Shown: positions 47,916 to 51,292 of the stretch, piece after piece | How positions within the stretch are numbered: the stretch's first letter is position 1 | Layout: each line of letters begins with the position of its first letter | Translations under genes and position numbers: made by a program | Origin: an uncultured Candidatus Poseidoniales archaeon | GTDB lineage: Archaea > Thermoplasmatota > Poseidoniia > Poseidoniales > Thalassarchaeaceae | DNA length: 51,292 nucleotides | Assembly: GCA_963990035.1 (NCBI GenBank) | Contig: CAXDMJ010000006.1 | Coordinates: forward strand, 1-51,292 | Reading direction: 5' to 3' | Notes under the pieces: model-generated | Databases searched by the model: none | What the model was told of the DNA's origin: nothing | The model's input: the letters and a program-made list of their open reading frames with translations, nothing else

Positions 47916-49499
47916 CTAATTACCCTTACTCAAATTAGCATTACTTTCTTTGAATCGTATTAGATTTTCTTTTCGACTTTCTTTTCTGTTCACTATTGGA
48001 TTAGGATAGTCTTGACCTATAATACAGTTTGAACTTCTTTGTATTTCTAAGGAAGCCAGATGAGGTTCAAAGATATACTTTGAAGGAAAAGAAATTAATT
48101 CAGGCACCCAATAACGTATGAAATCTGCATCTACAGTTTCAGCATTAAGGCTGGATTTAGAATCAGGACATGGATTATAAACGCGATAATAGGGCATGGA
48201 AAAAGGAGCCACTCCAGCTAGCCAAAGCCAATTACCATTATTTAGTGCCCAATCAGAATCAATTAACTTTCTATCAAAAATATCTCTACCTATTTTCCAA
48301 TTCTGCCAAAGTTGTCCCCTAGTTAAGAAACAAGAAACTGCATGTCTGCCTAGGTGGTGCATCCATCCCGTAGATTCGAGTTGTCGCATCATTGCATCGA
48401 TGTAAGGGAAGCCAGTCATCCCTAATTCCCATGCTGTAATTTTATCAATATCATATTCTCCCCAATCTATTGGTTTACAGTTAGAATTATTTTGGTCATC
48501 ATCCCAGTTTTCGACAGATCTTGAAAGAAGATAGAACATTTCTCTGAACATAAGTTGCCCAAGTAGTGACTCTGGTGGCTTTGTATGGCTGGAATTGAAA
48601 TTAGCCTTTCGACATTCATTCCATAACAGCCTAACGGAAAGACATCCGTTGCTAATATATGGTGAAAGACCTGTAGTACTAGGCTCTAAAGGATTACCTT
48701 GCTCATTTGTAGAAACTGAGTGTGGCTTACTAAAATCATTAACAAAATTATGCGAATCAGAAACCTTCCTCTTCAGTCTAACCAGAGCTTCATTTTCGCC
48801 ACCTAAGAAATAATGCGTACCTGTTTCTAAATTCGAATCTATTTTCATTGCTTCTTGCTGTAAATCAGTAAAAGGAATATAATATTTCGACAAAATATCG
48901 TTGTTTGCTAAAGATTGCATCACATTAATATTAGGTTTAATCTGCTTTGGAGGAGCAAGTGATTCTCCAACAAGGTATCCATCTGGGTCTGTCTCAAGAT
49001 TATTTGCGAATATCTTATCAATGTCCTTCAATGATTTTGGATTAATAAAATCCTCAGATCGTATCACTTTTTCAATGTCCAGGATAGTGCTAACTGCGGG
49101 GAATACCTTTGTTTGAATACTTGAATCAGATAAGAGAAGTTGTATTTCATCCATACTCTTGAGACCCTCGGGTTCTGAGCAAAAATCACATAATAACCAT
49201 GTTATTTCTGTATCCAACATTTCGAATATTGATTTAAAAATCTCTACAGCATTACCAGAAAAAATAAGAATTCCAGATTGCAATTTTTCTTCTAAATTCC
49301 GATTTAAGCCTAATATCGACTCATAAAGGAACTTTTTCCTGTTAACTGTCGGACTATGGTTACTTTGATTGACCCATTTATCATCTAATATGTAGATTGG
49401 AATAATTGTATCGATTCCATCACAATCGGACGCCCAACTCAGTACAGGGTTATCATGCAGCCTCAGTATATTCCGAAACCAAACAATAGCCGTACTCAT
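47916..49499 (-). CDS. Cryptochrome/photolyase, (6-4) photolyase/animal-cryptochrome type
   Basis: WFR..LRLHDNP, GGE..AL, TT.LSPY...GCLS.R, TGFP.IDA.MRQL, GWMHHL.RHAV.CFLTRG.LW..W and D.DWALN.GNWLWL motifs. Confidence 0.88.
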   Translation of the reverse strand: MSTAIVWFRNILRLHDNPVLSWASDCDGIDTIIPIYILDDKWVNQSNHSPTVNRKKFLYESILGLNRNLEEKLQSGILIFSGNAVEIFKSIFEMLDTEITWLLCDFCSEPEGLKSMDEIQLLLSDSSIQTKVFPAVSTILDIEKVIRSEDFINPKSLKDIDKIFANNLETDPDGYLVGESLAPPKQIKPNINVMQSLANNDILSKYYIPFTDLQQEAMKIDSNLETGTHYFLGGENEALVRLKRKVSDSHNFVNDFSKPHSVSTNEQGNPLEPSTTGLSPYISNGCLSVRLLWNECRKANFNSSHTKPPESLLGQLMFREMFYLLSRSVENWDDDQNNSNCKPIDWGEYDIDKITAWELGMTGFPYIDAMMRQLESTGWMHHLGRHAVSCFLTRGQLWQNWKIGRDIFDRKLIDSDWALNNGNWLWLAGVAPFSMPYYRVYNPCPDSKSSLNAETVDADFIRYWVPELISFPSKYIFEPHLASLEIQRSSNCIIGQDYPNPIVNRKESRKENLIRFKESNANLSKGN

Positions 49500-49544
49500 G
49501 TATTAAATCCATTTCCACATGGCTTTTAATATTCTGTATTAAAA

Positions 49545-50672
49545 TTAATGGCCATGTTCAATCAAACCAGAAATATCCATAGCAAATAATATCAAAGTCA
49601 GTATTATTGCACCTAATAAGACATTAAGCATTGCTTTCTTACCTGTTTCCGGATTATGGATATCAGGAAGAGTATCTACTGTTGCGACATAAAGGAAGGT
49701 ACCTGCAGAGAATAGCATAGTCAAACCGATAATATGAGTTTCTAAATCTTCAAGAGCATAGAATGCAAGTAGAATCATTACAGGAGTAGCTAGTGAAAAT
49801 ATCAATACGTCACGAATAGAATCATTACGATATTCTCTCTCATGCATAGAAAATACTCCAAGACTGAAAGCAGCAGGACCCTTATGTATCAATACTGCAA
49901 GAGCTACAGCAGCAGTCACAGTTACACTGCCAGATGCTGCTGCTGCCCCAATCGCAATACCATCAGTTGCCGCGTGAAGCGTTAGTCCGAATAGTAAAAG
50001 CCATCCCGATGAACTATGATGTATATGTCCATGATTATGCTCAAGGTCATGATCATGATGCTCTTCATGAACTGCATGCCCTATACCAGACCCTTCAAGG
50101 ATAAGCATGAGCAAGAAACCACCAAGTATTGCTCCCCCTAATAGTAAGCCACTAGTATGTTCATCTTCTTCCTCATGAATTTCATCATGAGAATGGCTGG
50201 TGATTAATTCTTCAATTTCTTCCAATCCTACTGTGGCATTAATTTCACCATCTTCTACTTCTTCTACTACGTGAAGTACTGATTCCGAGAGTAATTCATC
50301 AGTAAGATCTTCATCACTATGAGTGGATTCCTCTTCAGAATGTGCATCATGACCTCCAGCTAATTCTTCGATTTCTTCTATCGCCTGAGATGCATTAATA
50401 TCTCCATGATCGACTTCTAACATCACCAGAGCTATGGAACCGGCTAATCCATCTTCATCGCCATGAGAATCGTGTTCATCATTAGTAGCAAGTTCGAAAC
50501 CTTCTGGAATCACAACTAACGCTGCAGATGCAAGGATTATCCCCGCTGCGATTCCTGTCATTATCTTTAATTTGTTTGCATCTTCCTTTATTTTTGATAA
50601 AACCGGTATTAAACCACAGATAAGAGCGACCATTAAAGTTAGTGCAACATACATTAGCGGGAGTTCTGCCAT
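49545..50672 (-). CDS. ZIP-family metal transporter with a large His/Glu-rich insert
   Basis: IPEG, HAATDGIAIG, HKGPAAF and AGTFLYVA..D.LP motifs; His-rich loops. Confidence 0.9.
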   Translation of the reverse strand: MAELPLMYVALTLMVALICGLIPVLSKIKEDANKLKIMTGIAAGIILASAALVVIPEGFELATNDEHDSHGDEDGLAGSIALVMLEVDHGDINASQAIEEIEELAGGHDAHSEEESTHSDEDLTDELLSESVLHVVEEVEDGEINATVGLEEIEELITSHSHDEIHEEEDEHTSGLLLGGAILGGFLLMLILEGSGIGHAVHEEHHDHDLEHNHGHIHHSSSGWLLLFGLTLHAATDGIAIGAAAASGSVTVTAAVALAVLIHKGPAAFSLGVFSMHEREYRNDSIRDVLIFSLATPVMILLAFYALEDLETHIIGLTMLFSAGTFLYVATVDTLPDIHNPETGKKAMLNVLLGAIILTLILFAMDISGLIEHGH

Positions 50673-50711
50673 ACCCTTCCGGTAATTAATAAGTATTTAA
50701 GAAATGTTATT

Positions 50712-50728
50712 AATTGTTACTAACAATT
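50712..50728. promoter_or_regulatory. Candidate operator between the divergent ZIP and NikR-like genes
   Basis: Perfect inverted repeat AATTGTTA-C-TAACAATT. Confidence 0.5.
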
Positions 50729-50765
50729 CAACAAATATTATTAATTCGATGACAATGCGAGTATC

Positions 50766-51191
50766 ATGAGTCGAATACTCTCATTTAGTACTGACAAACA
50801 ATTCGCCGAGCAATTAGAAGATCTAGTGAAGAAAAGCGGGTATAATAATCGTAGTATGTTTCTCAGAGACGCCAGTATTCATTTTTGTGATGCAATGACT
50901 AGGGGAGATATATATTCAATGGTTGATACAATTGAAGTTGAGGGGACAATGGTTATCTATTACCAGCATAGTGTTGAAAATAAACTTCTGGAATTAAGGC
51001 ATTCTCATTCAATCGAAATTTCATCTTACAGCCATAATTGCTTAGTTTCGAGTCATACTTGCGTAGATACTATGCAAATTAAAGGAACAGCATTATTAAT
51101 TCGTGAAGCGATACAAAAATTGCAAAATACAAATGATATAGATAGGGTTGAATTTATTGCAGCACCAGTAAGAGAAGAAGGTTGTTGCTAA
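50766..51191 (+). CDS. NikR-like regulator (RHH + ACT-like metal-binding domain)
   Basis: ILSFS...GYNNRS.FLRDA RHH domain; GT..IYYQH, H.C....HTC and KG pattern; C-terminal CC. Confidence 0.8.
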   Translation: MSRILSFSTDKQFAEQLEDLVKKSGYNNRSMFLRDASIHFCDAMTRGDIYSMVDTIEVEGTMVIYYQHSVENKLLELRHSHSIEISSYSHNCLVSSHTCVDTMQIKGTALLIREAIQKLQNTNDIDRVEFIAAPVREEGCC

Positions 51192-51202
51192 AATTACTCA
51201 CT

Positions 51203-51292
51203 TCACTCTTCCATATATTTTGCAATGATTTCTGAAAGTTTAATTGAACCGAAATTATGACTGTCCTCACTTGCATTAGGGTCAGGATTATC
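51203..51292 (-). CDS. 3' end of a CDS truncated by the window edge, product unknown
   Basis: Open frame DNPDPNASEDSHNFGSIKLSEIIAKYMEE then TGA. Confidence 0.5.
   Translation of the reverse strand, partial: DNPDPNASEDSHNFGSIKLSEIIAKYMEE

Noticed and set aside
3246-49116. Numerous 60-180 aa antisense or alternate-frame ORFs inside recognised genes (e.g. 3246..3674, 10833..11306, 16002..16535, 27729..28148)
   Set aside because: They largely or fully overlap well-supported genes, have Ser/Ile/Pro- or Phe-rich antisense-type composition, and show no motifs.
1-51292. CRISPR array, rRNA, IS element or provirus
   Set aside because: No regularly spaced repeats, long non-coding GC-rich tract, transposase, integrase or virion gene was recognised by eye.

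Overview
This is an AT-rich, gene-dense archaeal chromosomal segment, most consistent with a marine Thermoplasmatota (Marine Group II/Poseidoniales-like). That assignment is an inference from archaeal informational genes (S19e, L39e, L31e, S17e, PAN, aMBF1, Tsr3, Kae1), GGTGA ribosome-binding sites and many bacterial-type catabolic genes. Contents in order: an orphan ELWxxDGT-repeat fragment and small membrane ORFs; a fatty-acid beta-oxidation operon that includes an acyl-CoA-binding protein; an MFS transporter, a CNNM protein and metG; tsr3-mbf1/pan; a folate-dependent histidine utilization cluster with alaX and tRNA-Val(GAC); kae1, slyD and methylmalonyl-CoA mutase/epimerase; an RHH-led preQ0 operon (folE-queE-queC-queD); a ribosomal protein cluster; ydeP/fdhD opposite iscA/ygfZ; and a metal-homeostasis region (DtxR/MntR plus a putative Mn transporter; a ZIP transporter plus a NikR-like regulator) surrounding a photolyase gene. 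The strongest oddities are (1) a QueC lacking its Zn-binding cysteines fused in frame to a complete MsrB, (2) a eukaryote-type (6-4) photolyase/cryptochrome, (3) a ZIP transporter carrying a duplicated His/Glu-rich insert, with a candidate operator, and (4) an ACBP in an archaeal operon. Several small genes missing from the ORF track were translated by hand. No CRISPR array, rRNA, transposase or integrase was seen. All calls come from motif recognition by eye; no searches were run.
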